Shown here: piece by piece, positions 38,836 to 48,109 of the stretch
Layout of the letters: every line of letters begins with the position of its first letter
How positions within the stretch are numbered: the stretch's first letter is position 1
Origin: Bacteroidia bacterium
GTDB taxonomy: Bacteria; Bacteroidota; Bacteroidia; M30B66
Length of the DNA stretch: 62,978 bases
Direction of reading: 5' to 3'
Assembly (NCBI GenBank): GCA_046302715.1
Contig: JBKCHQ010000076.1
Coordinates: 1 to 62,978 of the forward strand
Made by a program: the position numbers and the translations under genes
Notes under the pieces: generated by a model
Told to the model about the DNA's origin: nothing
The model's input: the letters and a program-made list of their open reading frames with translations, nothing else
The model's database searches: none

Positions 38836-41058
38836 ATGCAAAACCAAATTTTAGCATTATTTGCCTGCCTTTTCGCATTAAATGCGTGGGCACAAACCAA
38901 CGGCGGTATGCTAACCGATACCAGCCATTTAAGCGCGATTGAAGTAAGCAGTGTTGTAGCAAAACCTATACGTTTTCCGGCCGATACTAATGGTATGATG
39001 CTCCTCGGTGGAAAAAAGGTAGAAATTGTAGATGTAGCTAATCAGAATATTTCCTTAGTCAATAATAATTCGCGGCAAGTATTTGCACGTGTCGCAGGTA
39101 TACAGGTATGGGAGAGCGATGGTTCTGGAGCTCAGGTAAATGTGGGGAGCAGAGGCCTAAGTCCTAACCGCAGTTGGGAATTTAACGTACGTCAGAACCA
39201 CTATGACATTTCGGCCGATCCCTTTGGATACCCTGAGGCCTATTACAATCCGCCAATGGAGGCAGTTAAACGAATCGAAATCATTCGCGGTGCGGCCTCA
39301 TTGCAATACGGCCCACAGTTTGGCGGCCTCCTAAATTATGTGACAGATGCACCAGAAGGAGATGATGCTGTTCATGGAAAAACAACTCAAACCCTTGGAA
39401 GTTTTGGGATGATGAGCAGTTACAACGCTCTAAAATTTAACGGCAAACGATTTAGCGTACATGGTTATTATCATTTCAGAAAAGCTGATGGATGGCGCCA
39501 AAATAGTGAGTATACCATCAATAATGCCTTTATTAAGGCACGATACGATTTCAGTAAAAAATTAATGTTAAATGCAGAATTTACGAGGCTTAACTATGTA
39601 AACCAACAGGCAGGAGGTTTAACAGACAGCCTATTTTCGATTGACCCCTCCGCGAGCCTTCGCAATCGAAACTGGTTTAACGTACCCTGGCTGATTCCTC
39701 AAGTGGAGCTTAGTTTCAAACCCGATTCAAACACCTCCTTAACCCTGAGTGTTTTTGGCCTCATCGGCGAGCGTAATTCGGTAGGCTTTACCGCCGACCT
39801 GCTACACCCCGACACACTGAATACTGCAACAGGCAAGTACACCAACCGACGTGTAGATAGGGATGCATACCAGAATTATGGTTCTGAATTACGTTTTCGT
39901 AAAAACTGGAGCACGACTAAAAACACGCATTTTCTGGCTGCAGGCATTCGCTATTTTAAAGGAAACACACGCAGACAGCAAGACGGAAAAGGCAGTACCG
40001 GCAAAGATTTTAATCTTACCCTCGAACCCGACAGCGACTTTAAGCGTGACCTTAATTTCATTACAACCAATGCCGCTTTTTTCGCTGAAAACCAATTTAA
40101 CATAGGGAAACGCTTCTCGGTGAGTCCCGGTTTTCGTGTCGAAATACTGGCACAACAAGCCAGTGGTCGTTTTGGGGTGATAAACAATGAGTCCGTTCCC
40201 TTTGAGGGAGCTCCTCAAACACGATTTGTATTGTTGGGAGGTTTTTCGGCAGAATATAAAATAAAAGAGGAAGCAGAAATTTACGGCGGCCTAAATAAAA
40301 ATTTCAGACCTGTTTTATATTCCGATTTAACTCCTCCAGCCACCACCGATACGGTTGACATTGCGTTGAAGGATGCCTCGGGCTACACGGCCGAATTGGG
40401 TTACCGAAAACGTACAAACTGGCTATACACTGATGTAAGCTTGTATTATTTGTTATACAACAATCGTATAGGAACCCTAGCTATTGCCGGGCCTGCAGGA
40501 GGCACACGTCAATTTAGAACCAATATTGGAACCTCGGTTTCGATGGGTGTTGAATATTTTTTGGAAGTGTCCATTCCCAAAATGATACAGCCCGGTTGCT
40601 GCAAAGAGTGGGACGTTAAAATTTTTGCTTCGGGCACCTATCAAAATGCCGAATACACTCGTTTGCCTAAAACCAAATTAAACAACTCCATAATCGAAAC
40701 CACCGAACTTAGCGGAAATAAAGTAGAATACGCTCCCGAATGGATTCTGCGAAGTGGCTTAAATTTCAAGTGGCACTCCTTTGAATTGGGCGGACAAATT
40801 TCGCATACCTCCGAGGTTTTTGCCAGTGCCGATAACAATTCCGAAAGTTCAGCAAACGGCAACGATGGTAAAGTTCCTGCTTATACCGTAGCCGATGTAA
40901 ATTTGTCTTATACTGTAAAGCAATTTGTAATTAAGGCGGGCATCAACAACCTGTTTAACGAACGCTACTTTACGCGCAGGGCTGGCGGATATCCCGGCCC
41001 GGGGATACTGCCGGCTGAAGCAAGAAATGCGTGGATTTCGCTTGGATTTAGCTTTTGA
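38836..41058 (+). CDS. TonB-dependent receptor, FecA-like (probable iron uptake)
   Basis: Plug motifs (RGLSPNRS, YYNPP, IEIIRG.ASL.YGPQ); barrel ending NNLFNERYF...ISLGFSF. Confidence 0.92.
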   Translation: MQNQILALFACLFALNAWAQTNGGMLTDTSHLSAIEVSSVVAKPIRFPADTNGMMLLGGKKVEIVDVANQNISLVNNNSRQVFARVAGIQVWESDGSGAQVNVGSRGLSPNRSWEFNVRQNHYDISADPFGYPEAYYNPPMEAVKRIEIIRGAASLQYGPQFGGLLNYVTDAPEGDDAVHGKTTQTLGSFGMMSSYNALKFNGKRFSVHGYYHFRKADGWRQNSEYTINNAFIKARYDFSKKLMLNAEFTRLNYVNQQAGGLTDSLFSIDPSASLRNRNWFNVPWLIPQVELSFKPDSNTSLTLSVFGLIGERNSVGFTADLLHPDTLNTATGKYTNRRVDRDAYQNYGSELRFRKNWSTTKNTHFLAAGIRYFKGNTRRQQDGKGSTGKDFNLTLEPDSDFKRDLNFITTNAAFFAENQFNIGKRFSVSPGFRVEILAQQASGRFGVINNESVPFEGAPQTRFVLLGGFSAEYKIKEEAEIYGGLNKNFRPVLYSDLTPPATTDTVDIALKDASGYTAELGYRKRTNWLYTDVSLYYLLYNNRIGTLAIAGPAGGTRQFRTNIGTSVSMGVEYFLEVSIPKMIQPGCCKEWDVKIFASGTYQNAEYTRLPKTKLNNSIIETTELSGNKVEYAPEWILRSGLNFKWHSFELGGQISHTSEVFASADNNSESSANGNDGKVPAYTVADVNLSYTVKQFVIKAGINNLFNERYFTRRAGGYPGPGILPAEARNAWISLGFSF

Positions 41059-41137
41059 TCCTTAATGAAAATAGCATCAATAATAGCATCACAAATTCAA
41101 GGTATTTAATACCTTTGAGGCAGTTTTTAAATCAATT

Positions 41138-41611
41138 ATGAAACGAAGCGTTTTTTACACTCTAGTGCTGTTTGGAGGATTATATCTTAACTCCTGCGAC
41201 ACCAAAAGAGACGGCATTACTACCGATATAGTGAACAACTCGGCAAGTGCCGATGGCAAGCAAGATGTTCCGGTGGCTGCCATCAAGTTTGACAAAGACA
41301 CCTTTAACTTTGGCGAGGTGATGGAAGGCGAAAAAGTAGCGCACACCTTTACGTTTACCAATACCGGAAAAAACGATCTCATTATATCTAATGCGCAGGC
41401 AAGCTGTGGGTGCACCGTGCCTGAATGGCCTAAAGAGCCCATTGCTCCCGGAAAACAAGGGCAAATTGATGTCGTATTCAATACTGCACACAAACCGGGC
41501 AATGCCATTAAATCGGTAACGGTTTCGTCGAATACCGAACCGGCCATGACCAAATTATTCATCACCGGTTTTGTGAAAGCCGATCCTAAAGCTAAAAAAG
41601 AAGAAGAATAA
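41138..41611 (+). CDS. DUF1573 lipoprotein
   Basis: Lipobox LNSC; F.FTNTG..L.I..A.ASCGCT.P. Confidence 0.88.
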   Translation: MKRSVFYTLVLFGGLYLNSCDTKRDGITTDIVNNSASADGKQDVPVAAIKFDKDTFNFGEVMEGEKVAHTFTFTNTGKNDLIISNAQASCGCTVPEWPKEPIAPGKQGQIDVVFNTAHKPGNAIKSVTVSSNTEPAMTKLFITGFVKADPKAKKEEE

Positions 41612-41613
41612 CC

Positions 41614-41937
41614 ATGCATAGCCTTACAACCTTTACTTTACTTATGAATCCCAACGGACAAAGTGGGCTTTCATCGTTAATTCCCATGCTACTTATCGTA
41701 GTTGTGTTTTACTTTTTCATGATACGTCCGCAACAGAAAAAAGTCAAAGAAGCCAAAAAATACCGCGATTCTCTTGAAAAAGGAAGTAAAATCGTTACCA
41801 TTGGAGGTATTCATGGAAAAATTGTGGAAATAGCGGAAACTACATTCTTAATTGAAGCCGAAGGCGGTGCCAAATTGCGCATCGAAAAAACGGCCGTAGC
41901 CACCGGTGCTCCTACTGAAGCGTTAACCCCTCAATAG
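41614..41937 (+). CDS. yajC: Preprotein translocase subunit YajC
   Basis: FYFFMIRPQQKK, GSKIVTIGGIHGKI. Confidence 0.95.
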   Translation: MHSLTTFTLLMNPNGQSGLSSLIPMLLIVVVFYFFMIRPQQKKVKEAKKYRDSLEKGSKIVTIGGIHGKIVEIAETTFLIEAEGGAKLRIEKTAVATGAPTEALTPQ

Positions 41938-41946
41938 CTTTGTTAA

Positions 41947-42891
41947 ATGGCCCTAACGAAATTAGTATCGCATCGTTGGGCTTTCTTCAGAAGAAGGAAT
42001 TATCTGGCATTTTTTGTATGCTTGATAATTGCAGCTCTTCTATGGCTGTTGCTTGCGTTCAATAATTTATCGAGCACCCATTTAAGCGTTCCTATTCGGT
42101 ATATAAATTTACCGGAGCATAATATATTAAAGGAGAAACTGCCCCATAAAGCCGAAATTGAGATTAGCGGTACCGGTTACCATCTGATAAGGTATTTGAT
42201 GCGCCCGAGTTTAGGCGAAATCATAGTAGATGGGCGCAATACCGGCATAAAAAAAGACAGGGCATTTATTAGCACCTATCATGCTATCGAGTTTTTCAAT
42301 CGCCAGCATGGTGATATCAAAATGGTGAACATAGCACCCGATACCATCTTTTTTAAATTCCTGAATAAAGGACTTGTACGACTGCCTGTAAAAGTGGCTT
42401 CCTATCTAGATTTTGCGCCAGAATTCGACCTAAAAGACAGCCTAAAAATTACCCCCGATTCAATTTCGGTTTCGGGCCCATTCGAATTACTCAAAAATCT
42501 GGGCGCTGTAGAAACTACACCCTTAATTTTAAGTGGAATAAACACCTCGGGAAGTCATAAGGTACGCATTAAAAACCCGCAGGCTGAACTGTCGTACGAC
42601 CCATCAGAAATTACCATAAACCTAAATGTTGACCGCACTACCGAAGCACGCATAACAGTGCCCATTCAGTCGGAAGAACAAGCCTCACTAAAATTCGAAC
42701 CTCAAACCGTTACACTCGTATTTCAGGTAGCACTTAGCAATTATTCCAAGATAAAGGCAGCCGATTTTTGGGTATCTGCTGAAGCGGCTAACGATGGCGA
42801 ACCGTCTGGTAAAATGCGCCTCGTATTAAAACGCAGCCCATACTATGCAAAAAAAATAAGTCTGCTGCCCGAATTCGTAAACCTGCGCTAA
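41947..42891 (+). CDS. YbbR/CdaR-like domain membrane protein
   Basis: N-terminal TM helix, P.RYINLP, conserved position between yajC and coaE. Confidence 0.75.
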   Translation: MALTKLVSHRWAFFRRRNYLAFFVCLIIAALLWLLLAFNNLSSTHLSVPIRYINLPEHNILKEKLPHKAEIEISGTGYHLIRYLMRPSLGEIIVDGRNTGIKKDRAFISTYHAIEFFNRQHGDIKMVNIAPDTIFFKFLNKGLVRLPVKVASYLDFAPEFDLKDSLKITPDSISVSGPFELLKNLGAVETTPLILSGINTSGSHKVRIKNPQAELSYDPSEITINLNVDRTTEARITVPIQSEEQASLKFEPQTVTLVFQVALSNYSKIKAADFWVSAEAANDGEPSGKMRLVLKRSPYYAKKISLLPEFVNLR

Positions 42892-42893
42892 TC

Positions 42894-43496
42894 ATGCTAC
42901 ATGTTGGAATTACAGGAGGTATAGGATCGGGAAAAACAACCGCGGCTCGAATTTTCAACATTTTGGGCATTCCGGTTTACGATGCCGATAAGCGAGCAAA
43001 AGCCTTGTATAACGAATCGGAAGTGGTAAAAAAAGCAGTGATGGCATTGTTGGGCAATAATGTGTACTCCGAAAATGGAACCGCAGATTATACGCTTATT
43101 GCAGAACGTGTTTTTTCTAATGATGAACTGCTAAAACAATTAAATGCCATAATTCATCCACACGTTGCATTAGACTATGAAAATTGGCGCCAAAATCAAA
43201 AAGCTGTACCCTACACGCTTAAAGAGGCCGCACTAATTATAGAAGCCCATACCGATAAGCAGCTTGACTATTTAATTGCTGTTGACGCCCCCGAGAGCTT
43301 GCGCATAGAACGGGTAATGAAACGTTCGGGCCTTACTAAGGATAAAGTGCTTCAACGGATAAACAATCAGCCATTGGTAGCAGCGGCACTGGAAAAGGCA
43401 GATGTCGTAATTAAAAACGACGATCGGATGGCCATCATTCCTCAAGTTCTTTCCATTCATAGTCAACTTATTGAACGTAGCCATTCGCACCAATGA
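42894..43496 (+). CDS. coaE: Dephospho-CoA kinase
   Basis: GITGGIGSGKT, YDADKRAK, IIHP.V. Confidence 0.95.
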   Translation: MLHVGITGGIGSGKTTAARIFNILGIPVYDADKRAKALYNESEVVKKAVMALLGNNVYSENGTADYTLIAERVFSNDELLKQLNAIIHPHVALDYENWRQNQKAVPYTLKEAALIIEAHTDKQLDYLIAVDAPESLRIERVMKRSGLTKDKVLQRINNQPLVAAALEKADVVIKNDDRMAIIPQVLSIHSQLIERSHSHQ

Positions 43497-44989
43497 AACT
43501 CCTCAACACCCAGCAAATACGTCAAGCAGATGCATATACAATAGAACAAGAAGGCATAAGTTCGTATGCCTTAATGGAACGCGCTGCCCAATGTTGCACA
43601 GATTGGATGCTGAACCATTTGGGCTATATGCGAAAATTTGTAGTGGTGTGTGGCCCGGGAAACAATGGCGGCGATGGACTTGCCATAGCACGACAACTGC
43701 AAAGTAGAGGACTTGAAGTAGACGTATTTTTACTTAAAGCAGAAAAATACAGTGCCGATAATCTCGCCAACCAAAGGGCGCTTGAAGCAAAAGAAATACC
43801 CCTGCATACCCTTAATGAAGATGCCGTACAAAACAGAACTGATGTCGATGTGGTTTGGATAGATGCGCTTTTGGGCAACGGAGGGCGAGCCATAACCGAC
43901 AAGCATCTTTGCGAAATTATTGATGCATTGAACTCCGCCAAAGGCATGCGAATAAGCATTGATTTACCCAGCGGATTGCAAGGCGATTCAATACCAGAGT
44001 CTAAAAGCAGTATTGTTAAAGCAAAGATTACACTGTGTTTCCATAAACCCCGATTGAGCTTTTTCTTTGAAGAAAGTGCGCCATTTCTGGGCCACTGGGA
44101 GGTGCTCGATATTGGATTGAGGGAGCCCGAAAGCATTAGCACAAATTGTTATTATACCACACACGACGATGCCAAATTGCTCATGCGTAAACGCCCGATT
44201 TTTTCGCACAAAGGCACATTTGGACATACTTTAATTGCAGGGGGAAGTTTGGGCATGGCGGGCGCAGCTATTCTGGCGTCGAAAGCCGCCTTGAGGAGTG
44301 GAGCGGGTAAAGTAACCGCATTCATTCCTAAATGTGCTGTTACACCTTTACAGAGTGCACTGCCCGAAGCCATGTGCCTGCCCGCTGACAATGAGATTCA
44401 TCTAAGCGGAATGCTAAACCCCGAACATTTTGATGCCATTGCCTTTGGGATGGGTATCGGTACGCATGAGGATACGGCCCGATTGTTCAAAGTGCTGATT
44501 CAAAACTCGCCCGTGCCCATGGTGTTGGATGCCGATGCACTTAACACATTGGCCGAGGAGAAAACCTGGCTGGCCTTTTTACCGGCACGCACGATACTTA
44601 CTCCCCACCCCGGCGAATTGGACCGACTTTGCGGCAAGGTCTCCAACAGCTTTGAACGCTGGCAGAACGCACAAAATCTGGCCCTAAAAACCGGATGTAT
44701 TGTAGTGCTAAAAGGAGCCTATACGCGCATATGCCTACCCAACGGACAAACGTTTTTTAATAGCTCGGGAAATGCAGGAATGGCGACAGCCGGCGCGGGC
44801 GATGTATTGAGTGGAATTATTGCTGCATTGCTCGCTTCGGGTTATTCTGAATTGCAAGCTGCCGTTTTCGGCGTGTTTGCTCATGGTATGGCCGGCGATT
44901 ATGCAGCATCACAAAAAGGACAAACCGCATTAATAGCCGGCGATATTATTGAAGCGCTGCCGCAGGTTTGGAAGGAGTTGGAACGGTAA
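43493..44989 (+). CDS. nnr: Bifunctional NAD(P)H-hydrate epimerase/dehydratase
   Basis: GPGNNGGDG, DLPSG, HKGTFG, DADALN, TPHPGE, AGAGDVL. Confidence 0.95.
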   Translation: MKLLNTQQIRQADAYTIEQEGISSYALMERAAQCCTDWMLNHLGYMRKFVVVCGPGNNGGDGLAIARQLQSRGLEVDVFLLKAEKYSADNLANQRALEAKEIPLHTLNEDAVQNRTDVDVVWIDALLGNGGRAITDKHLCEIIDALNSAKGMRISIDLPSGLQGDSIPESKSSIVKAKITLCFHKPRLSFFFEESAPFLGHWEVLDIGLREPESISTNCYYTTHDDAKLLMRKRPIFSHKGTFGHTLIAGGSLGMAGAAILASKAALRSGAGKVTAFIPKCAVTPLQSALPEAMCLPADNEIHLSGMLNPEHFDAIAFGMGIGTHEDTARLFKVLIQNSPVPMVLDADALNTLAEEKTWLAFLPARTILTPHPGELDRLCGKVSNSFERWQNAQNLALKTGCIVVLKGAYTRICLPNGQTFFNSSGNAGMATAGAGDVLSGIIAALLASGYSELQAAVFGVFAHGMAGDYAASQKGQTALIAGDIIEALPQVWKELER

Positions 44990-45015
44990 AGATTTATAAA
45001 AAAATCTATTTACCC

Positions 45016-45903
45016 TCAATCCACCCTCCCCCGAAACGACTTAAGAAACTTAATAAACTCTTTTGAGCCGGTTACCTTTATTTCATTATCCCATCCGTTA
45101 ACAAAACGCCCCGGAGCCTCGAAGCTGTGCACTTCGGTCATAAACTTATACGTTCCGGTTTTTTCGAGTGGTGTAATGCCGCCTACTGACAAGGGATATT
45201 CCTCTCGCAACAGCAAATAGGCACGCATGCTCATTTCCCACATTACCTCTCCTTTAAAATTATGATGCTGATAGCCAAAAATATCAGGCTTGTTGAATTG
45301 GTGTTCGGAGGCAAACATAAAGGGTGTGTCGAGCACCTCAACCGCCCCCATACGCTCCACGTTGAAATACTTATTCATTTTGGAAATTGGCTCAAATGCT
45401 GCGAGCGATCGGTAATTATCGGTAAAACAAACGGGCTCTACCAAACGGTCGGTTATTAACTGGCTGTTGGCCGAAGCGTACGATTTAAGCATCACCTGCT
45501 TGCCTTCGGCTATTGCCTGCGAAAGCTGCTCTACCATGCGTGCCAAATGCACCCGATAAAGCGCATCGGCCGAGTGTTCGATATCGGTACCTGATTTAAC
45601 CTTCTCCAGAACGGATGCTGCAAGCACATTTCTTGAGCCTGCAGCTGCCAATATTGATTCTAAAAATTCGCGCTCCTGATCGGTAAAATCTAAAGGAATA
45701 GGCAATCTGTTTTCGATTCTATACCTTCCAAGATCATCACGCTCGATACGAAAACCCAAGTCTTTCAATAAATCCAAATAACGATATACCGTGCGTTCCG
45801 AGGTATTTAAAAAGCGAACTATACTCTGAATAGGCTTTGGCGAGCGACCCTGTAAAAACTGGATGAGCTGAAATACCCGATAAATACGGTTTTGATTAAA
45901 CAT
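45016..45903 (-). CDS. HTH-WYL domain transcriptional regulator
   Basis: N-terminal wHTH (SERTVYRYLDLL), WYL region (RLVEP...F.VERM); ATG 45903 chosen as start. Confidence 0.88.
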   Translation of the reverse strand: MFNQNRIYRVFQLIQFLQGRSPKPIQSIVRFLNTSERTVYRYLDLLKDLGFRIERDDLGRYRIENRLPIPLDFTDQEREFLESILAAAGSRNVLAASVLEKVKSGTDIEHSADALYRVHLARMVEQLSQAIAEGKQVMLKSYASANSQLITDRLVEPVCFTDNYRSLAAFEPISKMNKYFNVERMGAVEVLDTPFMFASEHQFNKPDIFGYQHHNFKGEVMWEMSMRAYLLLREEYPLSVGGITPLEKTGTYKFMTEVHSFEAPGRFVNGWDNEIKVTGSKEFIKFLKSFRGRVD

Positions 45904-46014
45904 ATTCGATGTGTTAGGCAATGTCCCTAAAAGTAAAAAAGCACTATTATGTCTATAATTTAACGGAGAATAGCACACAAAAATGATAAAAATATCGTTT
46001 GAAGTTGCATGCAC

Positions 46015-46029
46015 TGACCTTATATGTCA
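46015..46029. promoter_or_regulatory. Candidate WYL-regulator operator TGAC-N7-GTCA
   Basis: TGACcttatatGTCA, ~110 nt upstream of the WYL gene. Confidence 0.5.
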
Positions 46030-46126
46030 AAAACTAATACGTGCTTTGTAAATCAAATTTCGGCTTGACCGTATTTGTTTGCTTTATTTATTTAGGAATA
46101 CCCATTAACCATCCTTATTAACCCTA

Positions 46127-46152
46127 AAAGTCCGGTTTACGCCGGATTTTTT
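46127..46152. terminator. Bidirectional intrinsic terminator
   Basis: aaaagtccgg-tttacg-ccggattttt, with A and T tracts on both sides. Confidence 0.75.
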
Positions 46153-46516
46153 ATTTGGCGTCCGCGTTAATAATGCTTTCACGAAACTGAACCATATTGC
46201 GAATGAGCTCTAGCGGGAGTTCTTGGCTGTGCGGAAACTGCACCGAACCTTTACCTCTTTTATAATCTGTGAGTTTTTCGGCAAATGCTGCATGTGTATG
46301 GGGCAAGGCATACATACCCACGTGTTTTTTATAGGCTCCAAAATAGACAAGCGGCTTTCGGTGGAGTTTGTAGCCTATCATGGCGTATGAAAATTCTTCC
46401 ACCACATCGGGGGCCAATTCGATTATCAGATTTCGCAAAAGAAGGAGTCTTGCAGCTATATCCTCCGAAAAACTGTTAATGTAGTGAGTAACCTCTGCGT
46501 TTAGTTGCATTGGCAA
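46151..46516 (-). CDS. DUF1801 (YdhG-like) protein
   Basis: V..YI.SF, FSYAMIGY, F.AYKKHVG.Y, GKGSVQFP. Confidence 0.88.
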   Translation of the reverse strand: MPMQLNAEVTHYINSFSEDIAARLLLLRNLIIELAPDVVEEFSYAMIGYKLHRKPLVYFGAYKKHVGMYALPHTHAAFAEKLTDYKRGKGSVQFPHSQELPLELIRNMVQFRESIINADAK

Positions 46517-46556
46517 GGCACTTTAATCTTTAGGCATGATGTAAAATTAAATTAGC

Positions 46557-47069
46557 CTAAAGATTAATTTCATTAATCAACAGGCGCTTAACCTTTACCA
46601 CTCCGGCGGCCTCAACCACCAAAAGAAACATGCCGTTACCAAAGCCACGTACCTCCGGAAATAGCGTTACATCCTGAAATTGCCGAGACACCTGATAATA
46701 CTTTTGTCTGAAAAACATATCGAAAATCCAGACATTAATATCCGTAACACCCTTACAGATTACCCGAACCTGCAGCGGACCATTCACCGGATCACGACCC
46801 CAGGGATTGGGGGTAAAGTCAAAATCCATAAACTCGCAAGGGCCTTGCGAATAGGCTCCGTTGATTATTCCGGCGGCTACAGCATTACACTCATTGCGAT
46901 AGGTTACATTATCGCAGCCGCAAACAGGATCATACATGGTGCCGTAACAGGTATTGTTGGTAATGGCAAGAGAATCGATGCATGTGGGTTGTGTAAACTG
47001 CGAGAAAGCCGTACCGCAGGGCACAAAAGTTATCGCAATAATGAAAATCGATGTAAATAACCTCATCAT
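46557..47069 (-). CDS. Secreted Kazal-type domain protein with a degenerate T9SS-like C-terminus
   Basis: C...C.TMYDPVCGCDNVTYRNEC.A...GPC; then F.PNP...IFD...GNGMFLLVVE. Confidence 0.75.
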   Translation of the reverse strand: MMRLFTSIFIIAITFVPCGTAFSQFTQPTCIDSLAITNNTCYGTMYDPVCGCDNVTYRNECNAVAAGIINGAYSQGPCEFMDFDFTPNPWGRDPVNGPLQVRVICKGVTDINVWIFDMFFRQKYYQVSRQFQDVTLFPEVRGFGNGMFLLVVEAAGVVKVKRLLINEINL

Positions 47070-48109
47070 GATGAAACAAAAATACGTTTATCCTGCTGTT
47101 TCACCAAACGTCCAATGCAAGAAACCTTACTGCCATCTGCAACAAGCAATTTCTCAACTTCTGTTCGCGCTTCAGCGGCAACTGAAATTAGTAATCCTCC
47201 ACTGGTTTGCGGATCACACAAAATCAACAGATTACGGCCGTCCAATTCAGTGCAATGCGTACTTATTGCATTAAAATTACGCATGGTCATATCGGGATAG
47301 ATGAACGAGCTCAAACAGGTTTCAACACCCTGCATCAAGGGAATTTTATCGGCCCATAGCTCGGCACTGCAATTTGAGGATTCAAGCATTTCGAGCAGAT
47401 GCCCGGCTAAACCAAATCCGGTGACATCGGTAAGAGCGTTTACACCTTCAACCATACTCAACGAGGTGCCTACACGGTTGAGTTTTTTCATCCATGCAAC
47501 CAGTTGCGGATAATGTTCTGCCTCGACTATCAATCTGCGCTTAAGCGCCGTAGTAAGTATGCCGGTCCCCAGCGGTTTGGTGAGGTAGAGATAATCGCCC
47601 TCTGTCACAGTGTTGTTGCGTTTAACCCGATTTTTCATCACCCGACCATTCACCGAAAGTCCAAAAAACGGCTCGGCCGAGTCGATACTGTGGCCACCTG
47701 CGAGTACCACACCTGCCTCGCGGCAAACATCTGCAGCTCCTTCGAGCACTCGGGCGGCCAATGCTGCAGGCAATTTTTCGACCGGCCACCCCAATACCGA
47801 GAGCGCCATAAACGGACTGCCGCCCATGGCATACACATCGCTCAGAGCGTTGGCGGCGGAGATAGCACCAAAATCGTAAGCATCGTCGACCACAGGCATA
47901 AAAAAGTCGGTTGTAGAAATGAGACAGTCGCCCCCTCCTAAGTCCCAAACGGCGGCATCTTCATGATGACTATTGCCGCTAATTAGATTGCCCGTGGGCG
48001 CCACCTTGACCTTCGCGATTATCTCCTGCAATACTGCAGGTGCTATTTTACAGCCACAGCCGCCACCGCGGGCATAAGAACTGAGGAGGATATTTTCATT
48101 TTGTTCCAT
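47066..48109 (-). CDS. selD: Selenide, water dikinase (Cys type)
   Basis: GGGCGCKI, EDAAV, TTDFF.P, NALSDVYAMGG, GGHS, TDVTGFGL, DPQTSGGLL. Confidence 0.96.
   Translation of the reverse strand: MEQNENILLSSYARGGGCGCKIAPAVLQEIIAKVKVAPTGNLISGNSHHEDAAVWDLGGGDCLISTTDFFMPVVDDAYDFGAISAANALSDVYAMGGSPFMALSVLGWPVEKLPAALAARVLEGAADVCREAGVVLAGGHSIDSAEPFFGLSVNGRVMKNRVKRNNTVTEGDYLYLTKPLGTGILTTALKRRLIVEAEHYPQLVAWMKKLNRVGTSLSMVEGVNALTDVTGFGLAGHLLEMLESSNCSAELWADKIPLMQGVETCLSSFIYPDMTMRNFNAISTHCTELDGRNLLILCDPQTSGGLLISVAAEARTEVEKLLVADGSKVSCIGRLVKQQDKRIFVSS

Noticed and set aside
48070-48109. Selenocysteine recoding in selD
   Set aside because: The catalytic position is a Cys codon in a continuous ORF, and no in-frame TGA was seen.
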